DNA of 64,000 bases from Patescibacteria group bacterium (GTDB lineage Bacteria > Patescibacteriota > Microgenomatia > UBA8517). Numbering within the stretch: the first letter of the stretch is position 1; each line of letters begins with the position of its first letter. The notes under the pieces were generated by a model, which was not told the origin of the DNA, searched no databases, and was given only the letters and a program-made list of their open reading frames with translations. The position numbers and the translations under genes were made by a program. Positions 29,612-38,083 of this stretch are shown here, piece after piece. The DNA lies in the NCBI GenBank assembly GCA_035291665.1, contig DATDRP010000001.1:66569-130568 (forward strand), read 5' to 3'.

Positions 29612-30106
29612 ATGAAAATTGCAATTATGTCAGATTCCCACGATAGGTGGGACAACTTAGAAAAAGCAGTGAAGTTGGCAAATGAGAATGATTGTAAAAT
29701 CTTACTCTTTGCAGGGGACTTTTGTGCTCCAACAGGAATACCGGTTCTCGAAAAGTTCAACGGGGATGTTAAATTTGTTTGGGGAAATAATGAAGCTGAG
29801 AAGATGGGATTGACCAGAAAATGTGACGCTTCAAAGAAAATTCAGTTATGCGGGAATATTTTTGAGGGAGTGTTTGATGGAGTGAAAATATTTATGAACC
29901 ATTATCCCAGAATTTCCGAATTAGCAGCAAAATCAGGTGAATTTGATCTTTGTATATATGGGCATCTTCACGAATATCACGAAGAGAAGGTGAATAAATG
30001 TTTATTGGTAAATCCCGGTGAAATCCAAGGATTTGCATCAGGAAATGTAACCTTTATGATTTACGATACGAAGAAAAATGAAATTAAAAAGATAAATGTA
30101 AAATGA
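29612..30106 (+). CDS. YfcE-like metallophosphoesterase
   Basis: SDSHD, AGD, GNN, GHLH, NPG. Confidence 0.9.
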   Translation: MKIAIMSDSHDRWDNLEKAVKLANENDCKILLFAGDFCAPTGIPVLEKFNGDVKFVWGNNEAEKMGLTRKCDASKKIQLCGNIFEGVFDGVKIFMNHYPRISELAAKSGEFDLCIYGHLHEYHEEKVNKCLLVNPGEIQGFASGNVTFMIYDTKKNEIKKINVK

Positions 30107-30633
30107 AAAACGTTCTTTTTCTGCAAAGCTGGTATTCCAAAGTTACTGACAACTGGTATCCATGGCTTAAGAAAGAGTTGGAGAAAAAAGGTTTTATAAC
30201 CCACTTTCCTGATATCCCCGAAATGCGCAAGGATGTACCTGAAATGAGTAAAATACTCAAATTTATAGAATCTTTAAAAATAATTGATAAAGATACAATC
30301 ATTATTGGACATAGTCTTGGAAATTTGTTAGCTATGAGATTAGCCGAAAAACACCGATACAAACAAATGATTTTGGTATCCGCTTGGGATTACGATGATT
30401 TATGTGAGGGACACAGGTTATTTTGGAAAACAAAGATAAATCATTCGAAAATTAAGGGAAATGTTAAAAATATTACAGTGATTCATTCTGACAACGACCC
30501 TTACTATACTTCGATTTCTGCTGAAGACACAAGCAAAAGACTTAATGCAAGATATATTTTAATAAAAGGCGGTGGCCATTTTACGGCAAAAGAAAGAACT
30601 AAGAAAATACCTGAAATACTCGAGCTTCTTTAG
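30103..30633 (+). CDS. RBBP9/YdeN family alpha/beta hydrolase
   Basis: NWYPWL, GHSLG, HSDNDPY, GGHF. Confidence 0.88.
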   Translation: MKNVLFLQSWYSKVTDNWYPWLKKELEKKGFITHFPDIPEMRKDVPEMSKILKFIESLKIIDKDTIIIGHSLGNLLAMRLAEKHRYKQMILVSAWDYDDLCEGHRLFWKTKINHSKIKGNVKNITVIHSDNDPYYTSISAEDTSKRLNARYILIKGGGHFTAKERTKKIPEILELL

Positions 30634-30637
30634 AATT

Positions 30638-31630
30638 ATGAAAATAAAGATAAGTGATTTAAAGAGTTTATCTGTAAGGGCTTTGAAAAAAATAGGTTTT
30701 TCTGAAAATGATTGTCGGATAATTACAGAACACTTAGTAACAGCAGAGCTTTGTGGCAAGAAAAGCCACGGCATAGTTAGAATTCCAAGACTTAAAAAGC
30801 ATGTTGAAGCTGGAAAAATAAATACGACATCCGATGCACCAGAAATAAAAAAAGAAACTCCAATATCACTTCATGTTGATGGCAAATCCAAAACTGGATT
30901 AGTAGTTCTTGAATGGGTTTTGGATAAAGCAATTATAAAAGCGAAAAAGAATATGGTATGTTTTGTAGGTACAAGAAATGTGGGACCTGTTTCTGGAATG
31001 ATAGGATATTATGCACGAAAAGTAACGAAAGAAGATCTTATTCTCCTCGGTTTTAATAATAGTCCTGCTGGTTTAACTCCTTTTGGAAGTAAAGATAGCC
31101 TGTGGGGTACCAATCCTTTGACGGTAGGAATCCCCACCTCAAATCCCGACCTTCCAGTAGTTCTTGATATGGCAAGTTCCAAAATGACATTCGGAGACGT
31201 TATGATTAATGCAGCGCTAGGCAAGCCTCTTCCTAAAGGTGTTTCTGTAGATTCGGAGGGTAATCCTACGACAGACCCTAAAAAAGCAGCAGATGGTAGT
31301 CAACTTCCTTTTGAGGGAAGGAAGGGTTCTGGCCTTGCAATGATTGTTGAGATTCTGGCTGGTCCGCTAGTAGGCTCAAAAGGTGGAAATACCGTTAAAG
31401 GAAAAGGAGAATGGGGGTCGTTTTTTGTAGTTATTAACCCAGAATTGTATAGACCGATAGAAGAGTTAAAAGGGGATGTTGATAAAATGATCCAGGAGCT
31501 CAAGAGCTCAAAGAAGCAGGAGGGGGTGGATGAAATTTTTTATCCCGGGGAAAGGTCAGGGAGGACAATGGTTGATAATCTTAAAAGCGGTGAGGTTGAA
31601 GTTGTTGATGAATTAATTAAAAGTTTATAA
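30638..31630 (+). CDS. Ldh_2 family (type 2 malate/L-lactate) dehydrogenase
   Basis: SHGIVR, GTNPL, LDMASS, KGSGLA, YPGE. Confidence 0.9.
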   Translation: MKIKISDLKSLSVRALKKIGFSENDCRIITEHLVTAELCGKKSHGIVRIPRLKKHVEAGKINTTSDAPEIKKETPISLHVDGKSKTGLVVLEWVLDKAIIKAKKNMVCFVGTRNVGPVSGMIGYYARKVTKEDLILLGFNNSPAGLTPFGSKDSLWGTNPLTVGIPTSNPDLPVVLDMASSKMTFGDVMINAALGKPLPKGVSVDSEGNPTTDPKKAADGSQLPFEGRKGSGLAMIVEILAGPLVGSKGGNTVKGKGEWGSFFVVINPELYRPIEELKGDVDKMIQELKSSKKQEGVDEIFYPGERSGRTMVDNLKSGEVEVVDELIKSL

Positions 31631-31678
31631 TTTTTTCACACTTAAGGTAAAATGGGGATATCAAGAATCAAGGTTAAT

Positions 31679-32269
31679 ATGAGTAAAGTATTGTTATTAG
31701 ACGTAGATGGAGTTGTAATTCGTCCACGAAACAAATACTTCAGTGAGACTTATTCACAAGATTATGGTGTTCCTATTGAGGAGATAGTCCCTTTCTTTAA
31801 AGGTGGTTATAAACGAGCTGCAATTGGGGAAGTTGATATTAAAGATGTTTTACTTTCCTACCTCATAAAATGGGGTTGGAAAGGAAATGTTGATGAGTTT
31901 TTAAGATACTGGTTTGAAAGTGAAAGAGATACTGATGAGAAAGTAATGGAGTTTGTCAGCGAATTAAGACACAGGGGGGTAAAAGTCCATTTGGTTTCTG
32001 ATAATGAGGCCAATAGGGCAAAGTATTTAATGGAGGACGTGGGCTTAAAGAATATATTTGACGGAGCATTTTTCTCTTCGGCTTTAGGGGTGACAAAATC
32101 AGATCCGGAGTTTTATAAGAAAGTTGTTGAAAAACTCAAGGTTAAGCCAGAAGAGGTTGAATATTGGGACGATGACCCCAAGAATGTAGAAGTTGCGAAA
32201 GGAGTTGGAATAAATGCTCAAGTTTATGGCTCTTTTGAGGAATTTAAAGAAAGGGTTGTAAAAATATGA
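31679..32269 (+). CDS. HAD superfamily hydrolase
   Basis: LLDVDGV, VSDN, KSDPEFY, YWDD. Confidence 0.88.
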   Translation: MSKVLLLDVDGVVIRPRNKYFSETYSQDYGVPIEEIVPFFKGGYKRAAIGEVDIKDVLLSYLIKWGWKGNVDEFLRYWFESERDTDEKVMEFVSELRHRGVKVHLVSDNEANRAKYLMEDVGLKNIFDGAFFSSALGVTKSDPEFYKKVVEKLKVKPEEVEYWDDDPKNVEVAKGVGINAQVYGSFEEFKERVVKI

Positions 32270-32691
32270 GATTTGGACACGTTGCTATTCGAGTAAAGGA
32301 TATTGTTAAAATGTTGGATTTTTATTGCAATGGCTTGGAGTTTAAGGAAGCTTTTAGAATAAATAATGATGACGGAAGTTTGAGAATTGTATATCTTCAC
32401 ATATCTGAAGGGCAATATTTGGAATTGTGTTTGGGTGGAGAGGAAAGACCATCTTTTGATGATAGTAAAAGTATTGGAGTGAGGCATATTAGCTTTACAG
32501 TTGAGAATTTAGTAAAGTCTAAAAAAGAAATGGAGAAAAGAGGGGTTTTATTTGATTCTGATATTTTGGATACTCGCGATTATAATAAAAATATTTGGCT
32601 TTTTGATCCCGAAGGAAATAAATTAGAGATAGTTCAAACTCAACCCGATTCCCCTCATTATAAATTTGAGAAGAGGATTAAATCTACTTGA
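32266..32691 (+). CDS. VOC/glyoxalase family protein
   Basis: HVAIRVKD, YLEL, HISF, DPEGNKLE. Confidence 0.9.
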   Translation: MRFGHVAIRVKDIVKMLDFYCNGLEFKEAFRINNDDGSLRIVYLHISEGQYLELCLGGEERPSFDDSKSIGVRHISFTVENLVKSKKEMEKRGVLFDSDILDTRDYNKNIWLFDPEGNKLEIVQTQPDSPHYKFEKRIKST

Positions 32692-32725
32692 CAAGGTATG
32701 GATATTATATATACTTTGTATATAT
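32688..32725 (+). promoter_or_regulatory. Sigma70 promoter and palindromic operator of the TA operon
   Basis: TTGACA (32688) and TATACT (32710); ATATATAC-ttt-GTATATAT inverted repeat overlaps the -10 box. Confidence 0.6.
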
Positions 32726-33023
32726 GAATACAGCAGTTATAAATGTAAAAGTTGATCCTAAAGTAAAGTCAAAAGCCCAAAATGTTGCTTCCGAGTTGGG
32801 CTTCTCTTTAAGCTCTCTCATTAATGGATATCTTAAAACTTTGATCAAGACGGGAACAATATATTTTTCACTTGATCAAAGAGAGGCTCCAAGTGAATAT
32901 ATGATAAAAGCTCTGAAGAGATCGGAAGAAGATAGAAAAGCAGGCCGCTATACATCATTTAATTCTGTAGACAAGGCAATAAAATACTTGGATAATATGA
33001 TAGATGCAGATAAAAAGGATTGA
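32724..33023 (+). CDS. RelB/DinJ family antitoxin
   Basis: RHH-like INVKVDPKVK...LGFSLSSLI; C-terminal FNSVDKAI; overlaps the toxin gene. Confidence 0.8.
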   Translation: MNTAVINVKVDPKVKSKAQNVASELGFSLSSLINGYLKTLIKTGTIYFSLDQREAPSEYMIKALKRSEEDRKAGRYTSFNSVDKAIKYLDNMIDADKKD

Positions 33024-33276
33024 CTACTCCGACACTTTTAAAAAAGATCTGAAAAAATCTTCATCAAAAATAAAGATAGCATTTCGGGAAAGGCTCAGGA
33101 TGTTTTCGGAGAATAAATATAATCCCAAATTAAATAACCACAAGCTTATCGGAAAATTTAAAGGTTATAGGAGTATTAATTTAAGTGGTGACTGGAGGGC
33201 AATTTTTCGAGAATTAAATGATGGGCAAGTGATATACTTTGATATGATTGGAACTCACAGTCGGTTGTATAGGTAA
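33004..33276 (+). CDS. RelE/YafQ family mRNA interferase toxin
   Basis: FKKDLKK, NHKLIG, RSINLSGDWRAIF, IGTHSRLY. Confidence 0.88.
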   Translation: MQIKRIDYSDTFKKDLKKSSSKIKIAFRERLRMFSENKYNPKLNNHKLIGKFKGYRSINLSGDWRAIFRELNDGQVIYFDMIGTHSRLYR

Positions 33277-33347
33277 AATAAAAAGAATGGTTTTTACGAA
33301 ACGGGCGTAGAAATGGATAAGAAGTTGTAGGTTTTATATCTAGAAAA

Positions 33348-33971
33348 ATGATTAAATTTATATATTTTGATGTCGGAGGAGTTGTTATTAAAGATTTTAG
33401 TGGAACGAATAAATGGATCGAACTTCAGAGGGGTATTGGTATTAAGCCAGAGCAAGATCAGGAATTTGTTGAATTTTTTGATAAATACGAACCCGAAGTC
33501 TGTTTGGGAAGGAATATTGAAACCCTGGTCCCTTTAATGAAGAAAAAGTTTGGTCTTAAGCTGCCCAAGGACTATTCCTTCCTCAAAGATTTTGTTGACA
33601 GATTTGAGAAAAATGAATCCATTTGGCCAGTAATTGAGAAGGCTAAAAGCAAATTTGGAATTGGGCTTTTGACAAATATGTATACAAATATGCTTGGTCT
33701 AGTTAAAAAGCGGGGTCTTTTACCAAATATTGATTGGGATGTTGTCATAGATTCGAGTGTGGAAAAGGTAATAAAACCAACCGAAGCGATTTTTAAACTA
33801 GCTCAAGAGAGGTCAGGGGTAAATGTAAACGAAATAATGTTTGTAGAGAACGGCAAAAAACACGTAGAGGCAGCAAAAGCATTCGGTTGGCAGACTTTTT
33901 TGTATGACTCCACTAATTTAGAAGATTCGAGTAAAAATTTACTAAATTCACTTTCTTCCTTACAATTTTAG
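33348..33971 (+). CDS. HAD superfamily hydrolase
   Basis: YFDVGGV, LTN, IKP, FVEN, AAKAFGW. Confidence 0.85.
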   Translation: MIKFIYFDVGGVVIKDFSGTNKWIELQRGIGIKPEQDQEFVEFFDKYEPEVCLGRNIETLVPLMKKKFGLKLPKDYSFLKDFVDRFEKNESIWPVIEKAKSKFGIGLLTNMYTNMLGLVKKRGLLPNIDWDVVIDSSVEKVIKPTEAIFKLAQERSGVNVNEIMFVENGKKHVEAAKAFGWQTFLYDSTNLEDSSKNLLNSLSSLQF

Positions 33972-33972
33972 T

Positions 33973-34071
33973 ATTTTTTCACCCTAAGGGTGATATAAGG
34001 CTACACCCTTTACCCCACATCTTTTTGTTTAATTTTTCAGTCAGTTGTAAAATACCTTATGAGTTTATCAG
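33973..34071 (+). repeat. ~99-bp direct repeat copy A (ychF promoter block plus first 4 codons)
   Basis: Differs from 35555-35652 by 3 substitutions and 1 indel. Confidence 0.92.
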
Positions 34072-34255
34072 CGGAGATACTAATTTCGGCATCCTAACTT
34101 ATAATTCTTAAGCGTAGTCGAATGAACTTTGATTTCTACTTCAAATTTCCAATTCCAAAGCCAAACAGGGAGAGAGTAATTATTGCAAGGGATACTCTTG
34201 GTAGGATTGAAAATTCAAAGTCTTATTGTAGACTTATTGTAGAATAGACTGGACA

Positions 34256-35515
34256 ATGGAAAGCCAATCCCCATTAAATAGTAAAGGTCACGATATAGAA
34301 AGGTTGCAATTTCCAACTGATAACGATAGGGAACTTAATAGGGTAAGAGAAATTTTGAGATCTAGAGATGTTGAGGTGATTCCTGTCGGTGAATTGGGCT
34401 ATGTGATTCACGACAAAAAAGTTCCATACGTGGCGGAGGCTCCGGTTATGTGTTTGGATTTTGACGACACAGCCGCGACAACTACAGCTGATAAGAAAAA
34501 TTGTAAAGACAGACTTTTGGATTTGGGAATTCCTGATGACTTAGTTGCGTATTGTGACCAGATTTCGAGAGTGGATTTTGGAGATAGAGGTAAAATTTAT
34601 GAACCCGAACTCGATCAAAGGTTGCTGTCGATGGTTTTAGCAGAGGGTTCTACGAGTTTATCTCCAGAATTAAAAATAAAGCTTGATGTTGCAAGGGATA
34701 GAATGCTGGAAACAAGGGATTTGGAACAATATCCCATCAATGAGACCGTTAAACAAATTTATCAAGAAACGAGGTATCACTCGACTTTATACCCAGATAC
34801 GACCGAAACTATCTTGAGATTAAAGGCGGGAGAGGTGAGACCTTCAAATATGGTTATCTTTACATACGGTGATCCGGAATTTCAGTTAACTAAGGTTTTA
34901 CCGCTGATTGACGCAAAAGTGGGTTTGAATCAAGTTTGGCTGACAAAAGGCAGAAAAGGTGATTTTTTCAAAAAGATGATTGAGGGAAATACCCTTCAGG
35001 GAGTTCCGTTAAAATATACATATGATGAAACCGAAAGGGGGATGGGTGTTAAATTTGCTGATTGGAGGGTTCTGGTTATTCTGTTTGATGATGATCCAAG
35101 TCAGGTAGCTAACTTTAATAAAATTGCGAATGAAGAAGGAATTTTGGGACTGGCTACCGTAAGAGTAAGGCGGGAGGGTGTCAAAAGATCAGACAAGGAC
35201 ACTGAATTGGGTCGAAGAGCTGCGGAACTTAAGATGTCTGACACGTATTTAGACTCAGCTTTATACGAAAAAGCTGTGGAGCTTTTGATGGCGGTTCAGG
35301 TAGAAGACTTTTTGGTTGAACAGGTTATGAAAATTGGTCAAGATGCCTTAAGTGATGTGAGATATCCTGATTTGCTTGCGGAGATAGCCCACATTCGTGA
35401 CCAATCACCAGAGGAAGCACAAATGGCACTTTTAAACAGGGCAGGATACAAATATACTTTTGTAGCTTCTGATGACGATTCGGAAACTAAAGTTGAAATT
35501 TGGTCGAAAGCTTGA
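34256..35515 (+). CDS. Divergent HAD-like hypothetical protein
   Basis: CLDFDDT motif I, FTYG motif II, LFDDDP motif IV, with long insertions. Confidence 0.6.
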   Translation: MESQSPLNSKGHDIERLQFPTDNDRELNRVREILRSRDVEVIPVGELGYVIHDKKVPYVAEAPVMCLDFDDTAATTTADKKNCKDRLLDLGIPDDLVAYCDQISRVDFGDRGKIYEPELDQRLLSMVLAEGSTSLSPELKIKLDVARDRMLETRDLEQYPINETVKQIYQETRYHSTLYPDTTETILRLKAGEVRPSNMVIFTYGDPEFQLTKVLPLIDAKVGLNQVWLTKGRKGDFFKKMIEGNTLQGVPLKYTYDETERGMGVKFADWRVLVILFDDDPSQVANFNKIANEEGILGLATVRVRREGVKRSDKDTELGRRAAELKMSDTYLDSALYEKAVELLMAVQVEDFLVEQVMKIGQDALSDVRYPDLLAEIAHIRDQSPEEAQMALLNRAGYKYTFVASDDDSETKVEIWSKA

Positions 35516-35554
35516 GTAATAAATATTTCCAGTTGATGATGTCAAAAGACGGCC

Positions 35555-35652
35555 ATTTTTTCACCCTTAGGGTGATACAAGGCTACACCCTTTACCCACA
35601 TCCTTTTGTTTAATTTTTCAGTCAGTTGTAAAATACCTTATGAGTTTATCAG
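35555..35652 (+). repeat. ~98-bp direct repeat copy B containing TTGTTT-17-TAAAAT promoter
   Basis: Near-identical to 33973-34071. Confidence 0.92.
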
Positions 35653-35762
35653 TAGGTATTGTCGGACTACCAAATGTTGGTCCCGGCATAGCACTTACTT
35701 GCTCCCGAGATCTACGTTCTCGCGTCGCAAGGGCCTGTATGCGGGACTGCACTAACTATTAA
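35640..35762 (+). other. 40-codon upstream ORF duplicating the YchF N-terminus, fused to a hairpin element
   Basis: MSLSVGIVGLPNVG matches YchF MGLSVGIVGLPNVG; hairpin at 35680-35747. Confidence 0.8.
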
Positions 35763-35792
35763 TTATGGTTATGAGAGGAGTAATTTACTAAC

Positions 35793-36953
35793 ATGGGATT
35801 AAGCGTAGGTATAGTTGGATTGCCCAACGTTGGAAAGTCAACGTTATTTAACGCGCTTCTCAAAAAGCAGCAAGCTTATGTTGCGAATTTTCCCTTCGCG
35901 ACAATTGAACCGAATGTAGGAGTGGTGCCGGTTCCCGATAGTCGCTTGGAATTCCTTGCAGAAACTATCGCATCCGAAAATTCCAATAACCAAATTCCAA
36001 ATCTCAAACAAAATCTAAATTCAAATCCTCAATTAATAAATAGAGACAAATGGCCTCCCATTGTCCCTGCAACCGTAGAGTTTCTGGATATTGCAGGACT
36101 AATAGCCGGTGCAAGTAAAGGAGAAGGTCTGGGCAATAAATTTTTAAGCCATATCAGAGAGACCGACGCCATATGCCACGTAGTAAGGGTTTTTCAGGAT
36201 CCTGATATTATCAAGCAGGGAGTAACTGATCCGAAGAGTGATTTTGAAACGATAGAAACTGAACTGGCTCTTGCGGATCTTCAGACGATTGAGAAGCAGA
36301 AAGACCCGGGCAATACTCCCGATAAAGAACTTCTGAAAAAATGGTCAGTAGTGAATAAATTCAGACAAGCATTATCCCAAGGTAAACCTGTCAGATCTGT
36401 AGAGTTGAATGAAGAGGATGAAAAGTACGCGAAAGAATTAAGTTTACTTACCCAAAAGCCGATACTTATAGTCCTTAACGTTTCCGAATCAGACCTTAAA
36501 ATTTCAAAAGAAATAGAAGAAAAATATGCGAATGAACTTGGAGTAGAAGTTGATCAGATTGTTGCAATAAGCGCCAAAGTCGAATCAGAACTTTCAGAAT
36601 TGTCTGATATAGAGCAAATAGAATATTTAAAAGAGCTGGGGGTAGAAAAAAGCGGATTGGAAAGGTTAATTAAAAAAGCTTTTGCAACACTTGGTCTTAT
36701 TACTTTTCTTACGGCGGGGGAGAAAGAGGTTAGGGCATGGACTATTAAAAATGGCTGGGATGCGGTTCAAGCGTCGGGAGTGATTCACACCGATTTTATG
36801 CAAAAGTTTATTAAAGCTGACGTTGTTGATTTTGATGACTTTATCGAAAATAACGGCTGGAAAGCTTCCAGAGAAAACGGAAAAGTCAGATCTGAAGGGA
36901 AAGATTATATTATGAAAGATGGAGATGTTGTGGAGTTTAAAATCGGTTTGTAA
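35793..36953 (+). CDS. ychF: Redox-regulated ribosome-binding ATPase YchF
   Basis: GLPNVGKST, NFPFATIEPN, DIAGL, GEGLGNKFL, IHTDF, EGKDYIMKDGD. Confidence 0.97.
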   Translation: MGLSVGIVGLPNVGKSTLFNALLKKQQAYVANFPFATIEPNVGVVPVPDSRLEFLAETIASENSNNQIPNLKQNLNSNPQLINRDKWPPIVPATVEFLDIAGLIAGASKGEGLGNKFLSHIRETDAICHVVRVFQDPDIIKQGVTDPKSDFETIETELALADLQTIEKQKDPGNTPDKELLKKWSVVNKFRQALSQGKPVRSVELNEEDEKYAKELSLLTQKPILIVLNVSESDLKISKEIEEKYANELGVEVDQIVAISAKVESELSELSDIEQIEYLKELGVEKSGLERLIKKAFATLGLITFLTAGEKEVRAWTIKNGWDAVQASGVIHTDFMQKFIKADVVDFDDFIENNGWKASRENGKVRSEGKDYIMKDGDVVEFKIGL

Positions 36954-37022
36954 GAGATGGCGACCCTCCTTCGCCAAGGCTACGGAAGGGCAAGTGTTGT
37001 GGAATTTAAGATCGGACAATGA
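36953..37022 (+). pseudogene. Displaced ychF 3' end interrupted by a 31-nt palindromic element
   Basis: Removing 36964-36994 gives RDGDVVEFKIGQ*, versus the YchF end KDGDVVEFKIGL*. Confidence 0.8.
36964..36994. repeat. 31-nt GC-rich palindromic (REP-like) element
   Basis: CCCTCCTTCGCCAAGGCTACGGAAGGGCAAG; 22/31 identical to 53265-53295. Confidence 0.75.
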
Positions 37023-37116
37023 AAAAGTCTAAGACAAAATCCTGAGCGATAGGAAAAGAATAATTTGAGAAGAGTTATTGAAGTCTCACAAATGAAAGAG
37101 TATCATAACGATCAAT

Positions 37117-37356
37117 ATGAACGAAAGAATAAAAATTATTATATATAAATGTAAGTTTATGGCCGGTAGACGTTGCGGTTATTCTGGTAAACAACCGACA
37201 GGTGTTAACTTTCTTACCCTGACTGGGGAAAGAAATTGCGGAGTGATGGTTGGGGCAATCCAGAACTTGGAAAAATGCGACATAGGAAAACTACCAGAAT
37301 ATGTATTAAAAGACGAAGTGGATGCTTATATATCTCCCAATGGAATGCTCACATGA
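37117..37356 (+). CDS. Small Cys-rich hypothetical protein
   Basis: 79 aa, 4 Cys, -10-like TATCAT upstream. Confidence 0.5.
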   Translation: MNERIKIIIYKCKFMAGRRCGYSGKQPTGVNFLTLTGERNCGVMVGAIQNLEKCDIGKLPEYVLKDEVDAYISPNGMLT

Positions 37357-37456
37357 CAACAAGGGTTGAAATGTTTATTGCACAAAGCACGATTAATAGG
37401 TAAAATAAGCAGTTTCTTCTTGGGATTTTCAATATTTAGTTTGGAGGTGTTTGTAT

Positions 37457-37687
37457 ATGGGTAGGGATAGAAAAAACGGAAATCATAATAATTCTGAAGT
37501 TGCACGACCGGGGCAAACGCAAAATTTGGGCGTGGTCATTGACGGTTGCGCAGGATGCAGCCATCCCGTAACAAAAGAAGGAGGATTAATGGTCGGATGT
37601 GATCAGGGAGTAGGTGCTTGGCAGCGAATCAATTGTGGTCTTGGTGTTTGCAGGGTTGCAGCTATAGAAAGTAAACAAAAGATTTAA
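37457..37687 (+). CDS. Small Cys/Gly-rich hypothetical protein
   Basis: SD GGAGGTG; 5 Cys including CAGC. Confidence 0.55.
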   Translation: MGRDRKNGNHNNSEVARPGQTQNLGVVIDGCAGCSHPVTKEGGLMVGCDQGVGAWQRINCGLGVCRVAAIESKQKI

Positions 37688-37771
37688 GACACCTGCCTAA
37701 TCCTGCAAGCGTGACCAAAAGCTTACGGAGGACTTAAACTTATAACTAATATTTGGTATACTACGCATGTT

Positions 37772-38053
37772 ATGAATAAATATGAATTAACCTTAGTTTT
37801 ACCGGAAAAATTTACTCCGGCTAAAGTTAAGGCTCAAAAAGAAAGTTTGGAGAAAATTGTTAAGATTCTGAAAGGAAGTATTACCGATATAAAAGATTGG
37901 GGATTAACTCCGCTTTCGTATAAAATAAAGGGGAATTCAGCTGGAATATTCATCCTCTATGAGCTAGAATTGGAAAGCGATTCCGTTTCAAAGCTTAAGG
38001 ACAAACTTAAAACGGAAGAATCAATTATCAGGTATTTATTGATCAGAAATTAA
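37772..38053 (+). CDS. rpsF: 30S ribosomal protein S6
   Basis: MNKYEL, WG...LSYKI, IIRYL; precedes ssb-rpsR. Confidence 0.92.
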   Translation: MNKYELTLVLPEKFTPAKVKAQKESLEKIVKILKGSITDIKDWGLTPLSYKIKGNSAGIFILYELELESDSVSKLKDKLKTEESIIRYLLIRN

Positions 38054-38083
38054 TAAAGTTATACCGGCAAAATTTAAAGAAAT

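Noticed and set aside
35676-35756. Hairpin as an integron attC site
   Set aside because: Ends read GTT...AAC rather than RYYYAAC...GTTRRRY, it is single-copy here, and no IntI-type gene is adjacent
35640-35840. Translational bypassing as a requirement for YchF synthesis
   Set aside because: The downstream ychF has its own SD, ATG and complete N-terminus, so hopping is unnecessary; kept only as a test under the related finding
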